A DNA stretch of 64,000 nucleotides from Bacteroidia bacterium (GTDB taxonomy: Bacteria > Bacteroidota > Bacteroidia > NS11-12g > UBA9320), in the NCBI GenBank assembly GCA_017857855.1, contig JAFMCI010000001.1, positions 33,982 to 97,981 on the forward strand. Reading direction: 5' to 3'. Made by a program: the position numbers and the translations under genes. Of the stretch, positions 37,480 to 47,699 are shown piece by piece. The notes under the pieces are model-generated. The model was not told the DNA's origin. It ran no database searches and saw only the letters and a program-made list of their open reading frames with translations. Each line of letters opens with the position of its first letter. The stretch's first letter is position 1.

Positions 37480-39945
37480 TTACTCGTCCCATACATTGTC
37501 GTAATCCTTCGTTTCCACCTTCGTTTCTAACGTCGCCTCACCTTTTAATGCTCTTAAGAAGTTCTGTTTCTCCTTCATGACTTCTTCTTTTACATTCTCT
37601 TTAACGGTAGCCTTGTCGTAACGAATTTTTAGGTCGTCTGGCGTTCCCTCCATAATAATATAGGCTGTAAGTCCTCCTTTGCTATTATTTTCAATACGTT
37701 TTTCGGCTTTTTTAGCAATCCAATTAGCTTTGGTAGCGAGCAATTCGGCAACGCTAAGGCCCATACTGTATCGCATGTAGTTGCTAAATGTATGCGTCCC
37801 CTCTAACTCCAGATTCATAGCATTATTTTCGATCATCATACGTGGAATGTAGATGGTTTCATCAAAAATTTCTATGGTATTTTTTAGGGTTTTAAAACGT
37901 ACTTTTTCGAGTTCTTTAATATTTACAAATTTCGACAATTCGCGCAGAGGTTCATAGTTTATTAGGGCTCCGTCTTCAATGACAATGTCTGCTTTTGCGT
38001 ATAGCTTGGGTAGAATTGGTTCAAATTGTTTATCTAAAATAACCTTGGCAATAATCTTTCCGGACAAGGTTCCGGTTAAGTGCTTATCTGTTATCTCACT
38101 TTGCTCAAAATTATTAAACTGCTTAAAAAGCTGGGTAATGTTGATGGAAGTAAGATCAGCCTGAATATCAAGCAGGTGATTATCTCCCCAGTTTTTTACG
38201 CCAATGGCTGCAGTGGTAGTTCCTTCTAATGCTTGTATACGTACATTAGGCATGCTAATGCTTGTGCGATTAGATAGCAGTGTTCCCGTCATAGACTCGG
38301 CGCGAAAGTCATTATATACGAAGTTGGTAAATTCTGTTTTTAGGTCACAATTTACTGGAATTAAAAAGGCGGACGATGCATTTTGTTCTTCAGATACGGA
38401 AGCTGATGTGGTAAAAAGTTCATTCACATTTAAATTACTAACCGACATATCGCCAACTATTTCTGCTTCCGAATTTTCATCCAAAAGCGATGGGTAGTTT
38501 TCAATAATACCTTTTAAGTTGCCTGTGGTCTTATTGTAATCAAAATTTAGGCTATTAATCACCATTTTCTGATTATTGGCACTGAGATTTAAGTTGAGGT
38601 CGTTTAGTTTTAGTGCTGGATTTTTTAAAGTTCCTGATAGTTTTTCTAGGATTACGCTTCCGTTATAGGTTAGACTATTTTCTAGTAACACCTCATTGGT
38701 AGCGTCATACACTAATCCAAATTGACCAGCTACTTTAACTCTTCCATTGGTCGTTTCAAAATTAGTAGTGTTAGTGAAGGCGACTAAAAATGCGGCATCT
38801 AAATTAGCTTCGCCATCCCATGTTATATGGGGTATTTCAAAATCAGATACGGTTATATCTCCTGATAGTTGGTTGTTCCCGCTACTGGCATAGCTAATAG
38901 TGCACTTAGCGGATGCGGAATTAAATTGACTTATGTTGGGAATCTTTACATTTCCTTTTGCTATGATACCATTTAGGGAAATGTTTTTATCAATAACAGT
39001 AAGGTCTGTATTTTTAACATCAAAACTTACTTCAAATCCTGGCTGATTATGGCCGTATGTTTTTCCTTTGATAGAGCCATCTAGAATAACTTCCCCTTTT
39101 AATTGAAGATTGCTCATGGACTCCGTAACACTCGCAGGCAGTATACTAAGCAGTGATTGTGTGGTGGTGTTCTCATTGGTAAATGCAATGTCGATATCGG
39201 ATAGTTTTCCGTATGACACCTTACCTCTTGTACTTAATTTTACTTCTTGAATTTTGATGTTACTTGGGTCGATAACCACAAATTCTTTAAGCGTATTGAT
39301 AGTGAGTGCTGTATTGATACTCAAATCTTTATTATTGATGTATTTGTTTCCTTCGAGTGACACCAAGGTTGATTCCAGTTGTGTTTTAATAGAAAGAAAG
39401 GTGTTTTCGTCTTTGTATTTTAGGGTTATCTGAGAATAAGGCGTAAATCCATTCATTTTGAAACGACTTGGCGTATGCTCATATCTTATTTTGCAATCGT
39501 TCAATTTAAGGCTTTTAATCTCAAAGCTTAATGCAGTGGTGCTAGTATCTGTGCTGGGTTTTATAATGTCGTAATTATTTCCGCTGATAAAGTCAGCTAC
39601 ATACAGTTGACCTCCTCTAAGAACGATACCATCTATGACATACTCTCCTTTGTAGAGTCTAAGAATATCAACGAAAAGGGAAAGTTCTGCAGCCTCTAGT
39701 AATTTTTTCTGGTAAAAAGGTGTACTCTCATTGATGGTCACAGTGGTAAATTTTACGCCCAAGTTTGGAAAATCTCGAATGCCACTAATGCTAATGTCGC
39801 CCACATTTACTTCTACGGCTAATGCTTTATTTATCTCGGTAACGAGTATAGGTTTTATGTTGGTATAAAAATAATAGACTACTCCGCTCATAAGCAAAAC
39901 AAGGACAAATAGAACGGCTGCTAGTATCTTAAGTGCTTTTTTCAA
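37480..39945 (-). CDS. AsmA-family protein (N-terminal membrane anchor plus a long beta-rich periplasmic domain)
   Basis: 821 aa; single N-terminal TM helix; repetitive beta-strand composition. Confidence 0.45.
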   Translation of the reverse strand: MKKALKILAAVLFVLVLLMSGVVYYFYTNIKPILVTEINKALAVEVNVGDISISGIRDFPNLGVKFTTVTINESTPFYQKKLLEAAELSLFVDILRLYKGEYVIDGIVLRGGQLYVADFISGNNYDIIKPSTDTSTTALSFEIKSLKLNDCKIRYEHTPSRFKMNGFTPYSQITLKYKDENTFLSIKTQLESTLVSLEGNKYINNKDLSINTALTINTLKEFVVIDPSNIKIQEVKLSTRGKVSYGKLSDIDIAFTNENTTTQSLLSILPASVTESMSNLQLKGEVILDGSIKGKTYGHNQPGFEVSFDVKNTDLTVIDKNISLNGIIAKGNVKIPNISQFNSASAKCTISYASSGNNQLSGDITVSDFEIPHITWDGEANLDAAFLVAFTNTTNFETTNGRVKVAGQFGLVYDATNEVLLENSLTYNGSVILEKLSGTLKNPALKLNDLNLNLSANNQKMVINSLNFDYNKTTGNLKGIIENYPSLLDENSEAEIVGDMSVSNLNVNELFTTSASVSEEQNASSAFLIPVNCDLKTEFTNFVYNDFRAESMTGTLLSNRTSISMPNVRIQALEGTTTAAIGVKNWGDNHLLDIQADLTSINITQLFKQFNNFEQSEITDKHLTGTLSGKIIAKVILDKQFEPILPKLYAKADIVIEDGALINYEPLRELSKFVNIKELEKVRFKTLKNTIEIFDETIYIPRMMIENNAMNLELEGTHTFSNYMRYSMGLSVAELLATKANWIAKKAEKRIENNSKGGLTAYIIMEGTPDDLKIRYDKATVKENVKEEVMKEKQNFLRALKGEATLETKVETKDYDNVWDE

Positions 39946-40063
39946 GTGTAATAATTATGGGTAGCAAATGAAAGAAATATCTTGCTATGTGATGGTAAAA
40001 CGAATTAACAGAGAACAATAATGTGTCTATTAAAAAAATATTTTGCAGATATGAAATCGTTAT

Positions 40064-40071
40064 TATATTTG
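40064..40071 (+). promoter_or_regulatory. Bacteroidetes-type -7 promoter element (TATATTTG) for tRNA-Val
   Basis: Matches the TAnnTTTG consensus 14 bp upstream of the tRNA 5' end. A near-duplicate ATATTTTGCAG lies 25 bp further upstream. Confidence 0.35.
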
Positions 40072-40084
40072 CAGCCCTTTAACG

Positions 40085-40159
40085 GGGAGCTTAGCTCAGT
40101 TGGTTTAGAGCATCTGCCTTACAAGCAGAGGGTCGCTGGTTCGAATCCAGCAGTTCCCA
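40085..40159 (+). tRNA. tRNA-Val (anticodon TAC)
   Basis: Manual cloverleaf fold: acceptor GGGAGCT/AGTTCCC, D-arm GCTC/GAGC, anticodon stem TCTGC/GCAGA with loop CTTACAA, T-arm GCTGG-TTCGAAT-CCAGC, discriminator A. No CCA is encoded. Confidence 0.85.
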
Positions 40160-40181
40160 CTTTGACAATCAGTCACATACA

Positions 40182-40207
40182 AGTCTCGCTTCGGCGGGAC
40201 TTTTTTT
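40182..40207 (+). terminator. Rho-independent terminator after tRNA-Val
   Basis: agtctcgc-ttcg-gcgggact hairpin (8 bp with one G-U pair) followed by a T7 run. Confidence 0.5.
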
Positions 40208-40301
40208 GTTTAAAGACGATTTACATACACAATAAATGTTAAGAACAGGTTAAGTTAATTCTTTCTGTAAAGAGGGGATTGTGTTTCTGTTTACAGAAAA
40301 A

Positions 40302-41195
40302 TCAAATAGAATATAGCAATACAAAAGCACCGCCTATTAAGCGCATTTCTCCAGGCTTAAAAACCACTCTTTCAGGCATATTGCTTATCTGTAAGGGTTG
40401 AGGTACATGTTTGGTAAGCATTACTTCTAAAGATATTGCTCGCTCATGATCACGAATAAAAGAAATTCCAGTTCCTAGATTTAAACCAACTGACTGGATT
40501 CTATAGTTGAAAAATTCGTTCTCTATGTTACCGTAAAGCCCCACGCTAGAGTTTAAATTATGGTACTTAAGTTCTGCGGGGATATAAATTTGTACATTCT
40601 TTTGATCGGCTGTAAACGTGTAAGCGTATCTTAAACCCACATTTACATAATTTTTAACCCCGCTGGTTAAAGCAAATTCAGTAGTTAATCCATAATAATG
40701 CTCGCCTTTATTAATTTTACCTACGGCTAGTTTAGCACAAATCGGTGTAACACTGAAGTTAGAAGATGAAGTGCCATTGTCAATCTCATAATAATAATCT
40801 GGCCCCGATAAGCTGGTCCATGAGAAACCAACGCTATAAAGTATGTCATTGTATTTTCGGGGTCTTATTTCTTTTTCTTTTGAAGGTATAACTAAAATAT
40901 TTTCTTTGAAATAAAGGTATTCTTCTTTGCTTACTGAATAAACACGATTATCTATATCTCTGAATACCAGGCTACCTTCTTTCTCGTTAAACGATAAAAT
41001 ATCACCTTTTAATGTGGCTCCTGATTTCATATATATGATATCGTAACTTTTTGATTCACTGCTGTCCTGCTGTGCAAATGCTAATACGTTTAGAAGAAAA
41101 AAACTCAAGAAAATAAGAGTACGTCCTAATGTGTTCATTATGAAGCAAAAATACATAAAACATGACACCATACCCAAGACTGTTGCGAAGTGCAT
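40302..41195 (-). CDS. Hypothetical secreted or outer-membrane protein
   Basis: Internal Met followed by a signal peptide (MNTLGRTLIFLSFFLLNVLAFAQQ), the likely true start. Beta-rich sequence; no recognised motif. Confidence 0.35.
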   Translation of the reverse strand: MHFATVLGMVSCFMYFCFIMNTLGRTLIFLSFFLLNVLAFAQQDSSESKSYDIIYMKSGATLKGDILSFNEKEGSLVFRDIDNRVYSVSKEEYLYFKENILVIPSKEKEIRPRKYNDILYSVGFSWTSLSGPDYYYEIDNGTSSSNFSVTPICAKLAVGKINKGEHYYGLTTEFALTSGVKNYVNVGLRYAYTFTADQKNVQIYIPAELKYHNLNSSVGLYGNIENEFFNYRIQSVGLNLGTGISFIRDHERAISLEVMLTKHVPQPLQISNMPERVVFKPGEMRLIGGAFVLLYSI

Positions 41196-41377
41196 TTTCT
41201 AGTAAATTGTCAAATCTACTGAGACAGGTATTTTTGACGATATATGCTATTTTACTAAAGAAATTTTCCATCAGTTGTAGGTAATTTTGTCTGCTAGTGA
41301 CTTGTATAGTACATGTTAGAGTCCTAGCATGAGTGCTAACAACGCAGTAACAGTCCAATAATCACTAAAATTGCACC

Positions 41378-41824
41378 ATGCGAGCATTAATTCAACGGGT
41401 AAGTCAGGCAGGCGTAACCATAGAGCAAGGTATCCCTTCAGAAATCGGAAAGGGATTACTGGTGTTGTTGGGAATAGAATCTGAAGATACTCAGGAAGAC
41501 CTTAAATGGTTGGTGGGTAAGATAACGCAGATGAGAATTTTTGCAGATGCAGATGGCAAAATGAATGCTAGTCTTTTGGATATAAAAGGTGAACTATTGG
41601 TAATAAGCCAATTTACGCTTCATGCCAGTACTCGAAAAGGGAATAGACCTTCTTTTTTAAACGCAGCTCGACCTGAAATTGCTATGCCTTTGTATGATGC
41701 GTTTTTGGCAGAAAGTGCTCAAATTGTTCCTGTTAAATCAGGGGTTTTTGGCGCTAATATGCAGGTTAGTTTGGTGAACGATGGACCGGTTACCATCTGG
41801 TTAGACAGTAAAAATAGGGAGTAG
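41378..41824 (+). CDS. dtd: D-aminoacyl-tRNA deacylase
   Basis: SQFTL motif and the C-terminal GPVT (G-x-V-T) motif; 148 aa. Confidence 0.85.
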   Translation: MRALIQRVSQAGVTIEQGIPSEIGKGLLVLLGIESEDTQEDLKWLVGKITQMRIFADADGKMNASLLDIKGELLVISQFTLHASTRKGNRPSFLNAARPEIAMPLYDAFLAESAQIVPVKSGVFGANMQVSLVNDGPVTIWLDSKNRE

Positions 41825-41826
41825 CG

Positions 41827-42708
41827 TCACTTAAAATCTCGTTTATCAGCCCCCCACAACAGCTTATTTCGTATGGTATCCAAATAAGAGTTCTCGTTTA
41901 ATTTGATCATGTGAAAATCAAAATGGGATCTTTTGAGCGTTAGAATGGTATTTGCTGGCACTATAAAAGAACGATTGTCTAGCGTAATAAGCACAGAATC
42001 TGCTCTACTGCTGGTTTCTATTTTTAATACGGTGTCATCTGAAATAACTGCTGGCCTTACGGTTAGATTATGAGCGGCAATTGGAGTAATAACCAGTGAT
42101 TTACTGCCAGGAAATAAAAGTGGTCCGCCACAACTAAGTGAGTATCCGGAAGAGCCTGTAGGAGTGGCCACAATAAGACCGTCTGCCCAATAATTATTTA
42201 AAAAGTAATCATTTAGACTAGCCTTAACGGTTATCATAGCCGAGGTATCTCTTTTTTGTACCACAAAGTCATTTAAAGCATATGGGAAATCATTTAATTC
42301 AGAAATATCAGAATCAATTTGGATTAATGCTCTTTTTTCTATAATGGTTCTTCCTTCTTTTAAGGCTACAACCGCCTCCTCTATTTCTTCGTTTTGAATG
42401 TTAGCAAGGAAGCCTAATCTACCCAGATTAATTCCCATAACAGGCAATTCACTATCTCTAATTAGAAGCAAGGTGTCCAGAACTGTTCCATCGCCGCCAA
42501 GACTTATCAGGCAAGTAAAATTTGCAGGAGCTAATTCTGTGCTATCGCACAAAGGGTAATCCGTACCATAGGTTTTTTGAATAAATTTACCGTAACTGGA
42601 TACCAGCGAAAACTCAATGTGGTGTTCATTAAGCAAGGATACTAATGTTTTAAAAAATACCTCAAAGCCTGCAGTTTTTATTTCTCTTCCGTATATAGCT
42701 ACTTTCAT
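41827..42708 (-). CDS. nadK: NAD(+) kinase
   Basis: GGDGT motif (SLGGDGTVL) and NAD-kinase C-terminal beta domain. I chose the start at MKVAIYG, 12 codons inside the ORF-track start, which removes the overlap with the upstream gene. Confidence 0.75.
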   Translation of the reverse strand: MKVAIYGREIKTAGFEVFFKTLVSLLNEHHIEFSLVSSYGKFIQKTYGTDYPLCDSTELAPANFTCLISLGGDGTVLDTLLLIRDSELPVMGINLGRLGFLANIQNEEIEEAVVALKEGRTIIEKRALIQIDSDISELNDFPYALNDFVVQKRDTSAMITVKASLNDYFLNNYWADGLIVATPTGSSGYSLSCGGPLLFPGSKSLVITPIAAHNLTVRPAVISDDTVLKIETSSRADSVLITLDNRSFIVPANTILTLKRSHFDFHMIKLNENSYLDTIRNKLLWGADKRDFK

Positions 42709-42709
42709 T

Positions 42710-44104
42710 TTAGATGGCTTTCTTAAAGTGTACAAAGAAACCATCTTCTTGCAAACTATTTATACTGTATTCTAATCTGAGTACTCTATCATTATAGATG
42801 AGGGCATTCAAGCCCAGTCCAGCAGAGTACAAAAAAGTATTCACGAGATGGTTGGATGGATGAGGGTAGTCGTAAGAAACTCTTCCACCGTCTGCATATC
42901 CTTCTAAATATAAATTTATGGGCAGTACTTTATAATTAACCCAATGAGAGAATTTGAGTTGTATATCAGATTTGTCAAGTAAGTGATATCGAATAGCTGC
43001 ATTTAATTTCCATCCAAAACTACCGTCTATAACATATCTTTCATAACCGCGAATAATTTCATCATATCCAAACATTTTGCGCGAAAAATAAGGAATGTTT
43101 TGAGCAGAATTTAGTTGTGTGTAGCCAGATAGAGCCGAATACAATTTGGGTGATAGTCTCTTGAAATGTTGAACCTTAAGTTGTAGTTTTAAATTAGTTT
43201 GAGTGCTTGTGTTTTTCCATTGCTGAAGCGTTATAATAGGCTGATAAAAATAACCGGTAAGTGGAAAATAGATATTGTCACGCGTGTCTATATCTGCTTT
43301 TAAATCGATACCATAGTTAAGTTGCTTGTGGCTGTTATTTAAATAAAATCCTGAATCCGGAACGGCCGAATCTATTTCACCTTTATGTGCATTTAAAACT
43401 GCAAAGGTCTTAATCAAAGGTCGGATACGTTTTGAAATTTCAATACGAGCCTCGGTAGACTGAATCAGATTCTTATTTCCGTTTTTAAAAAATTGTAATG
43501 AATCATTGATGGTATTTAACCAAACTTCGTTTTGAGAGGTGTATTTGGCCAACGCTGTCATGCCCCAGTTAGAAGTTTTGCTGATGAAAGGTATCCTATA
43601 CTCAAGCCTTAGCTCTTTATTGTATCCCGTTTTCAGGTCTGTTCTTAACGTATGGTTACGACCAAAAAGGTTATAGTTGAAATTAGATATGCCATAGTTT
43701 GTTCTGTCTGGATTAAAATTAAATCCACTCCAAACATTTATATTTCGATCGCTAAATTCTAAAATCGGGATAGGCCAGATATACCACTTTTCTAAAACGG
43801 TAATTTCTAAAGTATACGTAGTAATATTGTTAATAACAGTGTCTTCAGCAAGTGTAAATTCAACTTTGTTGAATAGGTTTAGGTTATATATTCGGTTTTT
43901 AGAAAGCGCAAGTAGGTCATTAAAATGGCCATCATTTGTCGTAGTATAAACACTATCTAAGTGCAACAGCATTTCTCTAAGAATTACAAAATCTTTGGTC
44001 TGCTTGTTACCATTTAGCTGGATTTTATTTATCGTAACTAGCTGGGCAAAACTAGGAGTGCTCACTCCTAAAAATAGTAGAAAGAATAGCTGTTTAAAGG
44101 TCAA
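42710..44104 (-). CDS. BamA/TamA-family outer-membrane protein (POTRA plus beta-barrel)
   Basis: Signal peptide (SFAQ); POTRA-like IQLNGNKQTKDFVILREM; beta-barrel-like C-terminus. Confidence 0.4.
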   Translation of the reverse strand: MTFKQLFFLLFLGVSTPSFAQLVTINKIQLNGNKQTKDFVILREMLLHLDSVYTTTNDGHFNDLLALSKNRIYNLNLFNKVEFTLAEDTVINNITTYTLEITVLEKWYIWPIPILEFSDRNINVWSGFNFNPDRTNYGISNFNYNLFGRNHTLRTDLKTGYNKELRLEYRIPFISKTSNWGMTALAKYTSQNEVWLNTINDSLQFFKNGNKNLIQSTEARIEISKRIRPLIKTFAVLNAHKGEIDSAVPDSGFYLNNSHKQLNYGIDLKADIDTRDNIYFPLTGYFYQPIITLQQWKNTSTQTNLKLQLKVQHFKRLSPKLYSALSGYTQLNSAQNIPYFSRKMFGYDEIIRGYERYVIDGSFGWKLNAAIRYHLLDKSDIQLKFSHWVNYKVLPINLYLEGYADGGRVSYDYPHPSNHLVNTFLYSAGLGLNALIYNDRVLRLEYSINSLQEDGFFVHFKKAI

Positions 44105-44744
44105 TGTATTTCATCAGTGATTGAAAACGGTTCTCTACATTTTCCTTGTAATCTTCATCGCCAAAAGAGGCAATAGTCTCGTAACCATGACGTTGCAAGC
44201 TATTAATGATGCGCTCAGCATTTTTAATATTGAGTTTTAGGCTAGCCTGAATTCGACCACTCTCAGCAACATTATTAAGCCACAAACCCAGCAATTGAGC
44301 TCCTTCGCCTTCTATGAGCCGTGCTAACTCGCTGCTAGAATATTGATAGGAAGCCATTTCAACTAAAAGAATTGCGCCACCTTGATTCACGGTGAGCGAT
44401 TGCCCAAGTGCTTCTATAGCAGCAGTCTTAGTAATGATTCCTATCCACTGAAGCTCATCATTCAACACACAACAAACATTCGCTTTGGACTCATTAAAAA
44501 TATGAAGTACATCAAATAAGTGAGAATTGCCACCTACACTGGCAAACCCACCGTCAACAAGTGTTTCTATTGTCTCTTCTTCGCTGTGTATACATTCATC
44601 AAGTTGCACTGTACCATAGAGGGTGCCATTGCGGAGAACGGGTAGTTCAAAACATAAATAATCCATCATAAGCTTTATGCATTCCAAACGCGACGTGCTT
44701 TGGGTGATGGGGTGTATGGGCAATATGTAATTGATTACTTTCAA
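44094..44744 (-). CDS. CBS domain pair-containing protein
   Basis: Two CBS-like segments; 216 aa; 11-bp overlap with the downstream gene. Confidence 0.55.
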   Translation of the reverse strand: MKVINYILPIHPITQSTSRLECIKLMMDYLCFELPVLRNGTLYGTVQLDECIHSEEETIETLVDGGFASVGGNSHLFDVLHIFNESKANVCCVLNDELQWIGIITKTAAIEALGQSLTVNQGGAILLVEMASYQYSSSELARLIEGEGAQLLGLWLNNVAESGRIQASLKLNIKNAERIINSLQRHGYETIASFGDEDYKENVENRFQSLMKYIDL

Positions 44745-44773
44745 AGTATATCTACAAGTATAGTAACTAATGG

Positions 44774-45361
44774 CTAAACAATATTGTTTTGGGACAATTT
44801 ATGGTGGGTTAGCCAATTTGAAATTAGAATTTTGCCTTGTGGGGTTAAAATAGCCTCCGGGTGAAATTGAACAGCCCAAATCGGTAAAGTGCTGTGCGCC
44901 AATGCCATTACTGCTTCGTCTTCACTGCGGGCTATGGCATTTAAAGGTGTACCTTCCAGATCGGATAAAATTAAAGAATGATATCTGCACACGTTTAAAG
45001 GAAGTTCTATTCCGGAGAAAAAAGGATGATTGCTTTCATACGTGAGCTCACTTACTTTGCCATGCATTGGAAATCTAGCTCTAATCAAGGAAGCGCCAAA
45101 GAATTGACCAATAGCTTGTAACCCTAGACAAACCCCTAGTATAGGTAATTGGTTGTGAAATCGCTCAATAACTTGCATAGTGCATCCTGCATCTTTGGGC
45201 TCGCCCGGACCAGGAGAAATAATGATACCTTGATAGTTCTTTAACACCGTATCGAGATTTAAGTTGTCGTTTCTTACCACCTGCACTTCTGCCCCACATT
45301 GTACGAAGTAATCATACAAGTTATAGGTAAACGAGTCATAATTATCTAGAAGTAGAAGCAC
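44774..45361 (-). CDS. pabA: Aminodeoxychorismate/anthranilate synthase component II (class I glutamine amidotransferase)
   Basis: GVCLGLQ catalytic Cys motif plus His/Glu (VQFHPE); 195 aa. The gene is stand-alone, not in a trp operon, so pabA is more likely than trpG. Confidence 0.7.
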   Translation of the reverse strand: MLLLLDNYDSFTYNLYDYFVQCGAEVQVVRNDNLNLDTVLKNYQGIIISPGPGEPKDAGCTMQVIERFHNQLPILGVCLGLQAIGQFFGASLIRARFPMHGKVSELTYESNHPFFSGIELPLNVCRYHSLILSDLEGTPLNAIARSEDEAVMALAHSTLPIWAVQFHPEAILTPQGKILISNWLTHHKLSQNNIV

Positions 45362-45426
45362 AATGCAAAAATAGGGTTGGAATATGCCCAGGACTAAGAA
45401 ATATTGTATTTATTTCGTGATACAAT

Positions 45427-47403
45427 ATGAATTTCGATAAATTCAATCAGTTTGATACCGTAAAACTTACAGCGCTTTATGCTGCTCTCTTAAAACCTCG
45501 AATGATAGAGGAAAAAATGCTCAAGTTGCTAAGACAAGGTCAAGTAAGTAAATGGTTCAGCGGCATTGGTCAGGAAGCTATAGCTGTGGGAGCGACTTTA
45601 GCGTTAGAAGCGGATGAATACATTATGCCACTACACCGAAATCTAGGTGTTTTTACGGCTAGAGGCATCCCGTTTGAAAAACTCTTGCACCAGTGGCAAG
45701 GTAATATTGGCGGATTTACAAAAGGTAGAGATCGTTCCTTTCATTTTGGAACGAATGAGTATCATATTGCAGGCATGATTTCCCATTTAGGAGCTATGCT
45801 TAGCGTGGCTGATGGGGTTGCCTTAGGTAATTTATTGGACGGAAAACAGAAGGTTAGTTTAGCTTTTTCAGGAGATGGAGGCACTAGCGAAGGCGAATTT
45901 CACGAAGCAGTAAACCTCGCTGCGGTATGGGATTTGCCCGTTATTTTTTTGGTTGAAAACAATGGTTACGGGCTAAGTACGCCAAGTAAAGATCAGTTTA
46001 GATGTGCTCATATTGCAGATAAAGGAATAGGTTACGGAATAGAGAGTAAAACCATAGATGGGAATAACATTTTGGAAGTTTATACGGAAATATCAAGAAT
46101 AGCGGCTGATTTGCGCCAAAATCCAAGACCATTTTTACTGGAATGTAAAACCTTCAGGATGCGCGGCCACGAAGAGGCAAGTGGTACCAAGTATGTGCCT
46201 CAAGAGCTGATGGATGAGTGGGCAAAAAAAGACCCTATCGCTAATTTCGAGAATTATCTTTTGACCAATAAGCTCATTTCTGTTAAAGACATAGTCAAAA
46301 TAAAGGATGCTATTACAGATGAAATAAATGAAGGTGTAAAGATATTAAGCGTCCATGAGAGGATAGATGTCAATACCTCCTTAGAACTTGGAGATGTTTA
46401 TAAACCATACTCACCTTTAGTGAAGGAGCCTAGTGAGCAACGGATTGAAATGCGTTACATTGATGCTATACAAGACGGATTGAGAACTGCAATGCGTAAA
46501 TACGATAATCTGGTACTTATGGGACAAGATATTGCAGAATACGGAGGTGTTTTTAAAATAACAGATGGATTTGTGGCGGAATTTGGTGTAGGTCGCGTGC
46601 GAAACACGCCAATAAGTGAAGCAGCGCCTTTAGGTGCGGCATTAGGTTTATCTATGATGGGTAAAAAATCGATGGTGGAAATGCAGTTCGCAGACTTTGT
46701 GAGTTGCGGATTTAATCAAATAGCCAATAATTTAGCAAAGACCTATTACAGATGGGGCCAGAATAGTGATGTTGTGATTAGAATGCCAACTGGCGGAGGT
46801 TCTGCCGCTGGACCATTTCATAGCCAAAGTAACGAGGCGTGGTTTTTTCATATTGCGGGGCTTAAAATAGTGTATCCAAGTAATCCAGCAGATGCTAAAG
46901 GTCTTTTACTTGCAGCATTTGAAGACCCTAATCCTGTTTTGTTTTTTGAGCATAAGGGCTTGTACAGAAGTATAAAAGAGGATGTGAGTGTAGATGAATT
47001 TACCATAGAAATAGGGAAAGCTAAGAAGATTTGTGAAGGTGAAGCGATTACATTTATAAGCTATGGTTTGGGAGTTCATTGGTGTCAGGAAGTAATACAA
47101 GAATTGAACCTCGATGCGACGTTATTAGACTTACGTAGCTTATTACCATGGGATAAAGAAGCGGTTGCGCAAGCGGTAAAAGCGACGGGAAAAGTAATTA
47201 TCGTGCACGAAGACACACTTGAAGGGGGAATTGGAGGTGAGATTTCTGCTTGGATTGGTGAGCATTGTTTCAAAAACTTAGATGCCCCAGTAATGCGTGT
47301 TGGAAGCTTAGATACGCCGATTCCGTTTAATGCTGATTTAGAGTTAAATTTCATGGGGAAAGCACGCTTAAAAGAGAAAGTTGAAGCGCTTTTAAATTGG
47401 TAG
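45427..47403 (+). CDS. Fused 2-oxoacid dehydrogenase E1 component, alpha and beta subunits (TPP-dependent)
   Basis: 658 aa; alpha-type TPP-binding GDGGTSEGEFHEA...N motif followed by a beta-subunit transketolase-like region. Confidence 0.7.
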   Translation: MNFDKFNQFDTVKLTALYAALLKPRMIEEKMLKLLRQGQVSKWFSGIGQEAIAVGATLALEADEYIMPLHRNLGVFTARGIPFEKLLHQWQGNIGGFTKGRDRSFHFGTNEYHIAGMISHLGAMLSVADGVALGNLLDGKQKVSLAFSGDGGTSEGEFHEAVNLAAVWDLPVIFLVENNGYGLSTPSKDQFRCAHIADKGIGYGIESKTIDGNNILEVYTEISRIAADLRQNPRPFLLECKTFRMRGHEEASGTKYVPQELMDEWAKKDPIANFENYLLTNKLISVKDIVKIKDAITDEINEGVKILSVHERIDVNTSLELGDVYKPYSPLVKEPSEQRIEMRYIDAIQDGLRTAMRKYDNLVLMGQDIAEYGGVFKITDGFVAEFGVGRVRNTPISEAAPLGAALGLSMMGKKSMVEMQFADFVSCGFNQIANNLAKTYYRWGQNSDVVIRMPTGGGSAAGPFHSQSNEAWFFHIAGLKIVYPSNPADAKGLLLAAFEDPNPVLFFEHKGLYRSIKEDVSVDEFTIEIGKAKKICEGEAITFISYGLGVHWCQEVIQELNLDATLLDLRSLLPWDKEAVAQAVKATGKVIIVHEDTLEGGIGGEISAWIGEHCFKNLDAPVMRVGSLDTPIPFNADLELNFMGKARLKEKVEALLNW

Positions 47404-47458
47404 CAAATTCTCTTATCTTTAATTAATCCAAATAAAAATACATCTTTGCAGCAAGCAA

Positions 47459-47698
47459 GTGAAACTAACTAAACTGCAAATAGGACAAATAGCCAGGATC
47501 TCATCCATAGATGATTCACCATTTAAAGAAAAATTGCTTGAGATGGGCTGTCTACCAGGGGTATTGGTTAAGCCTATACTTAAAGCGCCATTTGGCGATC
47601 CCATAGCTTATGAGCTTGAGGAGTACACGCTAAGCATGCGAAACAAAGAGTCAGATACGATTACAGTAAAACTTTTAGACCCATTATTTAACATATAG
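47459..47698 (+). CDS. feoA: Ferrous iron transport protein A
   Basis: 79 aa; FeoA SH3-like domain (L..L..GQ.ARI......L.EMG.LPG); immediately upstream of feoB. Confidence 0.75.
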   Translation: MKLTKLQIGQIARISSIDDSPFKEKLLEMGCLPGVLVKPILKAPFGDPIAYELEEYTLSMRNKESDTITVKLLDPLFNI

Positions 47699-47699
47699 A

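Noticed and set aside
40021-40242. 73-aa + strand ORF spanning the tRNA-Val gene
   Set aside because: It overlaps a canonical tRNA and its terminator. The translation is an artefact of reading through the tRNA.
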